DNA from: Acidobacteriota bacterium
Lineage (GTDB): Bacteria; Acidobacteriota; Vicinamibacteria; Vicinamibacterales; UBA8438
DNA: 50,174 nt
Direction of reading: 5' to 3'
NCBI GenBank assembly: GCA_026706755.1
Contig: JAPOYG010000346.1
Span: 1 to 50,174, forward strand
In this document: positions 25,714-34,294 of the stretch, one piece after another
Layout: each line of letters starts with the position of its first letter
Position numbering within the stretch: position 1 is the first letter of the stretch
Made by a program: the position numbers and the translations under genes
Notes under the pieces: model-generated
What the model was told of the DNA's origin: nothing
Database searches by the model: none
Seen by the model: only the letters and a program-made list of their open reading frames with translations

Positions 25714-27788
25714 TGGGGCTGCTTGCGCCGCTGTTCCTGCTGGGGCTCGCGGCGATCGCCGTGCCGATCGTCATCCACATGATTCAGCGCGAACGCAAGG
25801 AGGTCATCGAGTTCCCCTCCCTGATGTTCGTCCGCCGCATCCCGTTCCACTCGTTCCGGCGCCAGCGGATCCGCCACTGGTTCCTGCTGCTGCTGCGCTG
25901 CGCCGCACTCGTCCTGCTGGTGCTCGCGTTCGCGCGGCCCTTCGTCCGCTCGCCGGCCCTGGCGGCGGTGACGGACGGGGCGCGCGAGGTGGTCATCCTC
26001 CTCGACCGGTCGTACAGCATGGGCTTCGGCGACCACTGGGAGCGCGCCCGCGACGCGGCCCGCGATGCCGTGAACGGGCTGGCCCCCGACGATCGGGCGA
26101 CGCTCATCTTCTTCGACAGCGGCGCCGCGGCCGGACCGAGGTCGACGACCGAGCGGGCGAGCCTGCGGGGCCTGATCCGCGACGTGGAGCTCGGCGCCGG
26201 GGTCACCCGCTACGGGCCCGCGCTGAAGCTGGCCGAGGGGATCTTCGAGAGCTCGGAGCTGCCGCGTCTCGAGGCGGTGATGATCAGCGACTTCCAGCGG
26301 TCGGGGGTCGACAGCGCCGCCGGCATCCGCTTCCCCGAGGGGGCCGTGCTGACGCCCGTCCCGATCGGAAGCGACGTCGCCGCGGCGAACGTCAGCGTCG
26401 CCGGCGTGCTCTTCCACCGCGAGTACTTCTCCGGGCGCGAGCGCGTCGCGGTCGGGGCGCGGCTGACCAACCGCGGGGCGGTGGCGATCGAGGGCCTCGG
26501 GGTCTCGCTCGAAATGGACGGGCGGCCGGTCGAGACGCTCACCGCGGACCTGCCGGCCAACGGGTCGGTGACGGTCGACTTCGCGGCGGTCACCCTGACC
26601 GACGTGCGCGTGCCCGGTGCGGTCCGCGTGGAGGCGGACACCCTGCCGGCGGACGACGTCTTCCACTTCGTCATCTCGCCGGGGCAGGTCGTGCGCGTTC
26701 TCGTCGTCGGGAACGAGCGGTCGGCGCCGGAAGCCGATCTGTACCTGACGCGCGCCCTCGGGATCGGCTCCGCGCCGGCCTTCGACGTGCGCTCGACGAC
26801 GCTCGCGGCGTTCGAGGCCGCCGACCTCGACGACCGGCAGGTGGTGGTCCTGAACGACGTGGGCGCGCCCCCCGGCGACGCCGGCGGCGCCCTGGCCGAC
26901 TGGGTGGCGGCGGGCGGCGGGCTGCTCGTCGCGGCGGGGGAGCGGAGCGCGTGGCCGGCGGGCGCGCCGGACCTGTTGCCGGGCGGCGTCGGGAGCCCGC
27001 AGGATCGCGCGGGCCGGGGCGGCGCCCTCGGATACGTCGACTACACGCACCCCGTCTTCGAGGTCTTCGCGGCGCCCCGCAGCGGCGACGTGACGACGGC
27101 CCGCTTCTTCCGCTACCGGCCGATCGAGCCGCAGGCGGAAGCCGTCACGCTGGCCCGCTTCGACGACGGGCAGCCCGCCCTCGTCGAGCGGCGGATCGGA
27201 CGTGGCAACGTGCTGCTCTGGGCGTCGGGCCTCGACAGCTTCTGGAACGACCTGGCCAAGAAGCCGGTCTACCTTCCGTTCGTGCACCGCCTCACGGAGT
27301 ACCTGGCCGACTACCGGCCGCCGACGCCGTGGTTCCCGGCCGGGCAGGTGTTGAACCTCTCGGAACAGGAAGTGGCCCTCGGCACGGGCGGGCTCGCCGA
27401 GGCCGAGTTCGTCGTCATGTCCCCGTCCGGCCGCCGAATTCCGGTGAGTGCCGGCGATCGCGCCGGTTTCATCGACCTCGCCGAGCAGGGGCTCTACGAG
27501 GTCCACGACGCGCGCGCCGCCGACCCGCGCCCGCTCACGCTGGCCGTGAACGTCGACCTCGCGGAGTCGGATCTCACCGCGGTCGATCCCGAGGAGCTGG
27601 CGGCCACCCTGACCGGCCGCGTCGGGCAGGGACGCGAGGCGTCCGCCCCGGTGCGGGAGATCAGCGCCGGCGACCTGGAGCGCCGCCAGTCGGTCTGGTG
27701 GTACCTGCTGGTGGCAGCGTTCCTGCTCCTGGTCGGCGAGACCGTCGTGTCGAACCGCCTCTCGCGCACCGTCCTCACCGCCGACTAG
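25713..27788 (+). CDS. BatA-type N-terminal double-TM plus vWA membrane protein
   Basis: The ATG overlaps the DUF58 stop (TGATG). It has MGLLAPLFLLGLAAIAVPIVIHMI..RE....FPSLMF (BatA_N-type), a second TM, ILLDRSYSMG (MIDAS) and a C-terminal TM (WWYLLVAAFLLLVGETVV). Confidence 0.8.
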   Translation: MGLLAPLFLLGLAAIAVPIVIHMIQRERKEVIEFPSLMFVRRIPFHSFRRQRIRHWFLLLLRCAALVLLVLAFARPFVRSPALAAVTDGAREVVILLDRSYSMGFGDHWERARDAARDAVNGLAPDDRATLIFFDSGAAAGPRSTTERASLRGLIRDVELGAGVTRYGPALKLAEGIFESSELPRLEAVMISDFQRSGVDSAAGIRFPEGAVLTPVPIGSDVAAANVSVAGVLFHREYFSGRERVAVGARLTNRGAVAIEGLGVSLEMDGRPVETLTADLPANGSVTVDFAAVTLTDVRVPGAVRVEADTLPADDVFHFVISPGQVVRVLVVGNERSAPEADLYLTRALGIGSAPAFDVRSTTLAAFEAADLDDRQVVVLNDVGAPPGDAGGALADWVAAGGGLLVAAGERSAWPAGAPDLLPGGVGSPQDRAGRGGALGYVDYTHPVFEVFAAPRSGDVTTARFFRYRPIEPQAEAVTLARFDDGQPALVERRIGRGNVLLWASGLDSFWNDLAKKPVYLPFVHRLTEYLADYRPPTPWFPAGQVLNLSEQEVALGTGGLAEAEFVVMSPSGRRIPVSAGDRAGFIDLAEQGLYEVHDARAADPRPLTLAVNVDLAESDLTAVDPEELAATLTGRVGQGREASAPVREISAGDLERRQSVWWYLLVAAFLLLVGETVVSNRLSRTVLTAD

Positions 27789-27851
27789 CGCTGTTGACCT
27801 TCGGTTTCGGCGGTGTAATGATGGCAGCAGAAGGAGTACGTCCTGACATCC

Positions 27852-30800
27852 GTGAGGCCAGAATCGATGCGCAATCAACCGCTGTTGACCGGCGATCGGA
27901 ACGAGGTACTGCGCGCCGTCCGTCACGTCAGGAACCGGTGGCGACTGCGGGTTGCCTTGCGCGGCATCGCCGTGCTGGTGGCCGCCGCCCTCGGCACGCT
28001 GCTGGCCTCGTCCTACGGCCTGGAGCTCTTCCGCTTCGATCCCGGCGCCATCGTGGGCTTCCGGATCGCGACGTACCTGGTGCTGCTCGCGGCCGGCTGG
28101 TGGCTCTTCGTCCGCCCGGTCTCGCGGCGGGTGTCCGACCAGCGCGTGGCGCTCTACATCGAGGAGCACGAGCCTTCGCTCAAGGCCACCGTGCTGAGCG
28201 CCGTCGAAGAGAGCGGCCGCGGCGAGCGCGACGCGGCGGCCGACCACTCGCCGGAGCTGGTGCGGCGGCTGATCGCGTCGGCGGTGGCGCGGATTCGCGA
28301 CATCGACATGGGGCGCGGGGTCGAGCAGCAATCGTTGCGGCGATCGTCCAGCCTGCTGCTGGCGGCCGGCGTGGCGGCCGCGCTGCTGTTCGTCTTCGGG
28401 CCGGCGTATCTCCGGCACGGGATCTCGGCCCTGCTCACGCCGACCGGGAGCGTCGAGGCGGCCAGCCCCTACCGGATCGACGTCTCCCCCGGGGACGCCA
28501 CCGTGGCCCGGGGCGCGGATCAACCGATCACCGCGCAGCTCGTCGGCTTCGAGGCGGAGGAGGTCGACCTCCTGATGCGGTCCGACGAGGACGGCGTCTT
28601 CGACCGGCTGGCGCTGATTCCGCTGGAGACCGAGGACGGCGAAATGCTGCCGGACAGTTACGAGGTGCTCCTCTTCGATCTGGAGGCGCCGACGGAGTAC
28701 TTCGTCGAGGCGGCCGGCGTCGAGTCGCCGACCTTCACCCTCGACGTGGTCGACCTGCCCTATGTCGATCGGCTCGAGCTCGAGTACATCTTCCCGGAGT
28801 ACACGGGACTGGAGCCGCGGCTGGTCGAGAGCGGCGGCGACATCGCGGTGCTGAGCGGGACGGAGGTGCGGCTGCGCGCCGTCCCGACCATGGGCACCGC
28901 CGGCGGGCAGCTCGTGCTCGACGAGGAGCATCGGACGGATCTTGCGCTCGGCGAGGACGGCTCGCTCACGAGCAGCTTCGTCGTCGAGGAAGAGGGCTTC
29001 TACCGCATCGATCTTCGTGCACCCGACGGCCAGTTGGTCACCGCTTCCCCGCAGTACACGATCGACGTCCTGACGGACCAGCCGCCGGCCGTGATGTTCA
29101 TCCGGCCGGGCCGCGACACCACGGCCAGCGCCATCGAGGAGCTGTTCGTGGAGGCGCGCGCCGACGACGACTTCGGCCTGCGCTCGCTCGACCTCGTCTA
29201 CTCGGTCAACGGCGGCCCGGAAGAGGCGGTGCCGCTCTACGACGCTGGTGACGACACGCTGCGCGAGGTGTCGGCCGGGCACACCTTCTTCCTGGAGGAG
29301 CTCGAGCTCGAGCCGGGCGACTTCCTCTCCTACTACGCGCGCGCCGTCGACCGGAACCTCGCCCAGCAGGGTGCGGACGTCAAGAGCGACCTCTACTTCA
29401 TCCAGGTCCGCCGCTTCAGCCGCGACTACCGCAGCGGGCCGTCCGGAGGCGGCGGGGCCGGCGGCGGGGCCGGCGGCGGGGACGCCCGGGCCCTCTCGGA
29501 GGCGCAGCGCCAGGTCATCTCGGCCACCTTCAACGTCATCCGCGACCGGGCCACGTTCACGGACGAGGAGTTCCAGGAGAACGTGGTATTCCTTACTCTG
29601 GCCCAGGGCCGTCTGCGCGAGCAGGTCGAGACGCTGCTGCGGCGGATGAACAGCCGCGTCATGCCGGCCGACCGTGCCTTCCGGAGCATCGCCGAGATGC
29701 TCCCGCTGGCGGCGGACGCCATGCGGGATGCGGAGACCGCCCTGCAGGACCAGGACGTCGACGCGGCGCTCCCCCACGAGCAGCGGTCGCTCCAGCACCT
29801 GCAGCGGGCCGAGGAAGCCTACGAGGAAGTGCTGCTCACGATGGGCGGCGGCGGAGGCGGGGGCGGCGGGAGCCGCGCGAGCCAGGCGGCGGAAGACCTG
29901 GCCGACCTCTTCGAGCTGGAGCTGGACAAGCTCCGCAACCAGTACGAGACGCTGCAGCGCGGCGAGCAGCAGGCGGCCGACAACAGCATCGACGAGCTGA
30001 TGGAGCGGCTGCGGGAGCTGGCGCGGCGGCAGGAGCGCGAGGCCGAGCGCCAGCGGCGGCGGGCGCGCGGGCAACAGTCGACGCAGGGCGGCGGCGCGGG
30101 GCAGCGCGCCCTGGCCGAGGAGGCCGAGGAGGCCGCGCGGCGTCTGGAGCGCCTGGCGCGCGAGATGAACTCCCCGCAGATGATGGACGCGTCGCGGCGC
30201 CTGCAGGAGGCGGCCGACGCAATGCGGCGTGCCGCGGCCGACAACGACAACCTGGGGTTCGCCGAGGCCGGCGCGGCGCTCGACCGCCTGCGCGAGGTGC
30301 AGGAGCGGCTGCAGGGCGAGCAGAGCGGCCGCCTCCAGCGCGACATCGAGGATCAGTTGCGGCGGGCGAACCGCCTGGCGGACGAGCAACGCGAGGTGCG
30401 GGCCGAGGTGGCCGACCTGCCGGGGATGGAGAACGAGCCCCGGATGACGCAGCTTCGCCGTCTCCTGGAGCGGAAGAACGAGATGGAGTCGGAGGTGGCC
30501 GACCTGGAGCGGGAGATCGACTCGACGTCGGCGGAGTTCCGCCGCGACGAGCGCGACGCCGCGCGGCGCCTGCAGGAGGCCGCGTCCAGCATCCGCGACA
30601 ACCGGCTCAAGGAGAAGATCCGCTACTCGCGCGGCCTGATGCGCAGCCGCCCCGGCGACACCGCCAACGCGTTCGAGAACGAGATCGGCAGCGACATCGA
30701 CGAGCTCGCCGAGAAGCTGGCCGAGGCCGCGGCGTCCGTCGGGAAGTCCGAGGGCGACCGGATGGCGCAGGCGCTCGACCGGACGCGCGACCTGATGCGC

Positions 30801-31403
30801 AGCCTGGAGTCGCTGGACCACCGCATGTGGCAGGAAGGTCGCGAGGGAGAGGAAGGCGAGGCCGGATCGGAGTCCGGACAGGAGGGGCAGCCGGGCGAGC
30901 AGGCGGGAGGCGAGCAGGCGGGAGGCCGGCAGGCCGGCGAGCAGGCGGGCAACCAGGCCGGCCCGGCGGATGGCGACGCCGCCACCCTCGGCAGCCGCTG
31001 GGGCGGACCGTTCGGCGGCCGCTACGGGTACGATCGCCGGCCCGGGGACTGGGAGTGGGACCCGCGGGACGTCCGGCAGTGGCAGCGCGAGTACCGCGAG
31101 CGGGCCGGCGAGGTCGAGGAGTTGCGGCGCCTTCTCGATCAGGAGGACTTCGCGGCCGCCGACCTGAGCGAGATCATCGAGCGGATGCGGGAGCTGGACG
31201 ACCTTCGCACCTATCAGGATCCGGAGGAGATTGCCCGGCTGCAGACGTTCGTCCTCGAGGAGCTGAAGCGCTTCGAGTACCGCCTGCGCCGGGAGATCAC
31301 GGAGGAGTCCGAGGACCTCTTCCTGGCCGGCAACGAGGAGATGCCGCCGCAGTTCCGCGAGCTGGTCGAGGAGTACTTCCGCGTCCTGTCCGAAGGCCAG
31401 TAG
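27852..31403 (+). CDS. large membrane-anchored coiled-coil protein, DUF4175-like
   Basis: Start is GTG 27852 or ATG 27867 (GAGG 10 nt upstream). It has two N-terminal TMs and a long beta-rich middle region. The highly charged coiled-coil C-terminal third contains GGGGGGGG and (GEQAG)n tracts and ends PPQFRELVEEYFRVLSEGQ. Family assignment is from memory of DUF4175-type proteins in Bat-like clusters. Confidence 0.65.
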   Translation: MRPESMRNQPLLTGDRNEVLRAVRHVRNRWRLRVALRGIAVLVAAALGTLLASSYGLELFRFDPGAIVGFRIATYLVLLAAGWWLFVRPVSRRVSDQRVALYIEEHEPSLKATVLSAVEESGRGERDAAADHSPELVRRLIASAVARIRDIDMGRGVEQQSLRRSSSLLLAAGVAAALLFVFGPAYLRHGISALLTPTGSVEAASPYRIDVSPGDATVARGADQPITAQLVGFEAEEVDLLMRSDEDGVFDRLALIPLETEDGEMLPDSYEVLLFDLEAPTEYFVEAAGVESPTFTLDVVDLPYVDRLELEYIFPEYTGLEPRLVESGGDIAVLSGTEVRLRAVPTMGTAGGQLVLDEEHRTDLALGEDGSLTSSFVVEEEGFYRIDLRAPDGQLVTASPQYTIDVLTDQPPAVMFIRPGRDTTASAIEELFVEARADDDFGLRSLDLVYSVNGGPEEAVPLYDAGDDTLREVSAGHTFFLEELELEPGDFLSYYARAVDRNLAQQGADVKSDLYFIQVRRFSRDYRSGPSGGGGAGGGAGGGDARALSEAQRQVISATFNVIRDRATFTDEEFQENVVFLTLAQGRLREQVETLLRRMNSRVMPADRAFRSIAEMLPLAADAMRDAETALQDQDVDAALPHEQRSLQHLQRAEEAYEEVLLTMGGGGGGGGGSRASQAAEDLADLFELELDKLRNQYETLQRGEQQAADNSIDELMERLRELARRQEREAERQRRRARGQQSTQGGGAGQRALAEEAEEAARRLERLAREMNSPQMMDASRRLQEAADAMRRAAADNDNLGFAEAGAALDRLREVQERLQGEQSGRLQRDIEDQLRRANRLADEQREVRAEVADLPGMENEPRMTQLRRLLERKNEMESEVADLEREIDSTSAEFRRDERDAARRLQEAASSIRDNRLKEKIRYSRGLMRSRPGDTANAFENEIGSDIDELAEKLAEAAASVGKSEGDRMAQALDRTRDLMRSLESLDHRMWQEGREGEEGEAGSESGQEGQPGEQAGGEQAGGRQAGEQAGNQAGPADGDAATLGSRWGGPFGGRYGYDRRPGDWEWDPRDVRQWQREYRERAGEVEELRRLLDQEDFAAADLSEIIERMRELDDLRTYQDPEEIARLQTFVLEELKRFEYRLRREITEESEDLFLAGNEEMPPQFRELVEEYFRVLSEGQ

Positions 31404-31604
31404 TCTACGGCTCCTGCACTCCGCCCGACTTCGGCCGCGCGGCGCCGCGCCCGCACGCGCCACCGGTGCGGCAGGTGCGTCGCGTCCGTCGATTCCGGAT
31501 GCGGGGCGTTCGTACCCCCGCGACGACGCGGAACGGGTCGGGTCCGTGGGCGGCATGCGGCGCGGGGCACGCCGCCCGCCCCACCGCAGCATCCGGAGGC
31601 GGGC

Positions 31605-32939
31605 GTGATTCAGGCAGGGAACCCCTCTCGTCGCCGCTCGCCGGTTGCCCTCGGACTGCTCGTGGGGTGGCTCGCGGTGCCGCCGGTGGTCGCGCAGGAG
31701 GCCGTTCCCGAGCAGCTCACTCTCGCCGCGGCGCTGCGGATCGCGGAAACGCAGAGCCCCGTGTTCCGCGCCGCCCGGCATGTCGTCGACGTCGCGCGGG
31801 CCGAGGTACGCACGGCCCTGCGCCGGCCGAACCCTGTGGTCGTCATCGAGGGTGAGGAGTACTCGCCCCTCGCGTCCGACCGCCGCTCCTTCTGGACGGA
31901 TCAGGCGCTGATCGTCCGGTTCCAGCAGGAGATCGAAACCGCCGGCCGCCGGCGGCACCGCATCCGGTCGGCGGATGCCGGGGTCGCGGTGGCCCGGGCC
32001 GAGACGGCGGACGCCCGCCGGCGGCTGCAGCTCGCGGTCGGCCGGACGTACTTCGCGCTCGCGCTCGCCCAGGCGGACCGGGCGGTGGCCACGGCGGCGC
32101 TCGAGGAGATCGAGCGCGTGATCGCGCTGACCGAGGCGCGCTTCACCGCGGGCGAGGTGGCGGGGGTGGAGTTGCGGCGGCTGGACGTGGAACGGCTCAG
32201 CTTCGTCGACCAGGCGCTGACGACGGATCTGGCCGTGCGCACCGCCCGCGCAGCGCTGCTCGGCCTGCTCGGAGCCGCGGACCTCGATCAGCCGGTCGAG
32301 GCGGCGGATCCCCTGCAGGCGGCGCCGCTCCGGGGGAGCGACGGACGGCCGATCGCCACCGCGGAAGGCATGGCGGTGGGCGTCGCGAGCCTGCGGGAGG
32401 AGGCGGCCGCCGCCCGGCCGGACCTCCGCGCCGCCCGGCGCGCCCGGGAGCGGGCCGACAGCGAGGTCCTGCGGGAGCGCGCGCTGCGGGCCCCGAGCGT
32501 CACCGCGGGCTGGGGCTATCGCCGCGACTTCGGACGGCACGCGATGGACTTCGCGCTCAGCATCCCCGTGCCGCTGTTCGGCGCGCTGAATCCGGGCGGG
32601 GTGCCGCGGGCGGAGGCGGAGCGGCGGCGCCTCGCCGCGCTCGAGGACGCGGCGGACATCGCGGTTGCCGTCGAGTTGCAGCAGGCGGTCGACGCGGTCG
32701 AGGTCAGCGCCGAGCGGGTCCGCTACGTCGAGGAGGAATACCTCCGCGGCGCCGAGGAGGCGCGCGACCTCGTGCAGGCGTCGTACGAGCTCGGGGAGAC
32801 CGCCCTCATCGACTTCCTCGACGCGCAGCGGGAGTTCCGTGCCACGCAGCGGGTCCGGAACCAGGCGCTGTACGATCTGCGCATCAGCCTGATCGAGCTG
32901 GCCGCGGCGATCGGCGTGCCCTACAGCGGCCAGCCGTGA
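31605..32939 (+). CDS. czcC: TolC/CzcC-family outer-membrane efflux protein
   Basis: GTG 31605 has GGAGG upstream, and there is a signal peptide. LTLAAALRIAETQSPVFRAA and the repeated helical OEP-type halves are present. It lies directly upstream of adaptor and HME-RND genes. Confidence 0.8.
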   Translation: MIQAGNPSRRRSPVALGLLVGWLAVPPVVAQEAVPEQLTLAAALRIAETQSPVFRAARHVVDVARAEVRTALRRPNPVVVIEGEEYSPLASDRRSFWTDQALIVRFQQEIETAGRRRHRIRSADAGVAVARAETADARRRLQLAVGRTYFALALAQADRAVATAALEEIERVIALTEARFTAGEVAGVELRRLDVERLSFVDQALTTDLAVRTARAALLGLLGAADLDQPVEAADPLQAAPLRGSDGRPIATAEGMAVGVASLREEAAAARPDLRAARRARERADSEVLRERALRAPSVTAGWGYRRDFGRHAMDFALSIPVPLFGALNPGGVPRAEAERRRLAALEDAADIAVAVELQQAVDAVEVSAERVRYVEEEYLRGAEEARDLVQASYELGETALIDFLDAQREFRATQRVRNQALYDLRISLIELAAAIGVPYSGQP

Positions 32940-32976
32940 CGGGCGGGAGCTCCGGCCTTCAGGAGAGGCGTCGACG

Positions 32977-34293
32977 ATGCCAGGATTCGCGTGCCGTCCC
33001 GCGGCCACGGGCGCCTGCCTCGCCGCCTGGATCGCCGTCACTGGGGCGGTCGCCTGCGGCGGCGAGCCCGGCACCGCCGAGCACGCCTCCGAGGCTCCGC
33101 GCGCGGACGCGGATCACGCGGGGGACCTCCATGCCGTCGGCGATGCGCACGGTGACGCGCCCCTCGAGATCGGCGAGGAGGCCCAGCGCAGCACGGGAAT
33201 GCGCATCGTCGCCGCGGAGCACCGCGAGTTGCCGGTGCCGATGGAGGTGACCGGGTTCGTGACCCCCGACACCACGCGGCTGATGCGCGTGCGCGCGCTG
33301 GCCGAGGGAGTCATCTCGCGGGTCGACGTGAAGCTCGGCGATCGGGTGCGCGCGGGGCAGCCGCTCATCGAGTACGACAACGTCGCGCTCGGCGACCACA
33401 TCGCCGAGTACCGCGCGGCGGTGGCGGCCCGCCGGCAGGCGGAGGCCGATCTGGAGGTCCGGCGGCGCAGCTTCGAGCGGGCCGAGCAGTTGATCGCGGT
33501 CGAGGCGATAGCCCAGCAGACGGTCGAGCTGCGCCGTTCCGAGCTCGATCAGGCGGAGGCCGGCGTGCTGAGCGCGCAGGCCGAGGTGACCCGCATCGAG
33601 GAGCGAATCCACCGCTTCGGATGGTCGGACGCCGACCTGTCGGAGGTGGCTCCTCGCGACGGCGCCGCCGGAGAGCTGCAGGCGGCCGCGGAGCGGCACC
33701 GCGAGGCCTCCCTGAACGTGCTCCGCGCGCCGTTCGACGGGGTGGTGACGGAGTACAGCGTCGCGGTCGGCGACCTCGTGGGACCCGATCGCGATCTGCT
33801 GACCATCACCGACATCTCGACGGTGTGGGTGCTGGCCGACGTGTACGAATCGGACCTCGGGCGGCTCCCGCCCGCCGCGGAGGTGACGATCCGCACGGAC
33901 GCTTATCCGGACCGGGTGTTCTCCGGGCGCATCACCTACGTGTCCGACACCATCGAGGCGCAGACACGCGCCGCGCACGTTCGCTGCGTGGTCGCCAATC
34001 CGGACGACGCGCTCAAGCTGGGCATGTTCGTCGGCGTGACCATTCCCACCAACGAACGGGTCGCCGCGCTGGCCGCCCCTGTCGCCGCGGTCCAGCAGAT
34101 CGACGGGCAGCCGGTCGTCTTCGTGCAGACCGGTCGGGCCACGTTCGAGCGGCGCGACGTGACGCTCGGATCGACGGCGGGCGGGGTCGTCGAGGTGCTG
34201 AGCGGCCTCGCGGCCGGCGAGTCCATCGTCGCCGAGGGCAGCTTCTACCTGAAGACGGCGCTGCTGAACGACCGGATCGGCCACGCCCACTGA
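32977..34293 (+). CDS. czcB: efflux RND periplasmic adaptor subunit (HlyD/CzcB family)
   Basis: AGGAGAGG RBS. It has GVISRVDVKLGDRVRAGQPLIEYD, a coiled-coil hairpin, LRAPFDGVVTEYSVAVGDLV and a beta-barrel/MP domain. The stop lies 1 nt before the czcA ATG. Confidence 0.85.
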   Translation: MPGFACRPAATGACLAAWIAVTGAVACGGEPGTAEHASEAPRADADHAGDLHAVGDAHGDAPLEIGEEAQRSTGMRIVAAEHRELPVPMEVTGFVTPDTTRLMRVRALAEGVISRVDVKLGDRVRAGQPLIEYDNVALGDHIAEYRAAVAARRQAEADLEVRRRSFERAEQLIAVEAIAQQTVELRRSELDQAEAGVLSAQAEVTRIEERIHRFGWSDADLSEVAPRDGAAGELQAAAERHREASLNVLRAPFDGVVTEYSVAVGDLVGPDRDLLTITDISTVWVLADVYESDLGRLPPAAEVTIRTDAYPDRVFSGRITYVSDTIEAQTRAAHVRCVVANPDDALKLGMFVGVTIPTNERVAALAAPVAAVQQIDGQPVVFVQTGRATFERRDVTLGSTAGGVVEVLSGLAAGESIVAEGSFYLKTALLNDRIGHAH

Positions 34294-34294
34294 C

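Noticed and set aside
27789-27890. 11-nt repeat CGCTGTTGACC (27789-27799 and 27880-27890) and a TTGACC...TGTAAT promoter-like string before the DUF4175-like gene
   Set aside because: An exact 11-mer pair is expected many times by chance in 50 kb of biased sequence, and the second copy is inside coding sequence. The -35/-10 spacing for TGTAAT is only 14 nt, outside the usual range.
25626-33074. 2482-aa minus-strand ORF, the longest in the track
   Set aside because: It runs antisense to the BatA-like, DUF4175-like and czcC genes, all supported by motifs, RBSs and coupled starts. Its composition is Arg/Pro/Gly/Ala-rich without domains.
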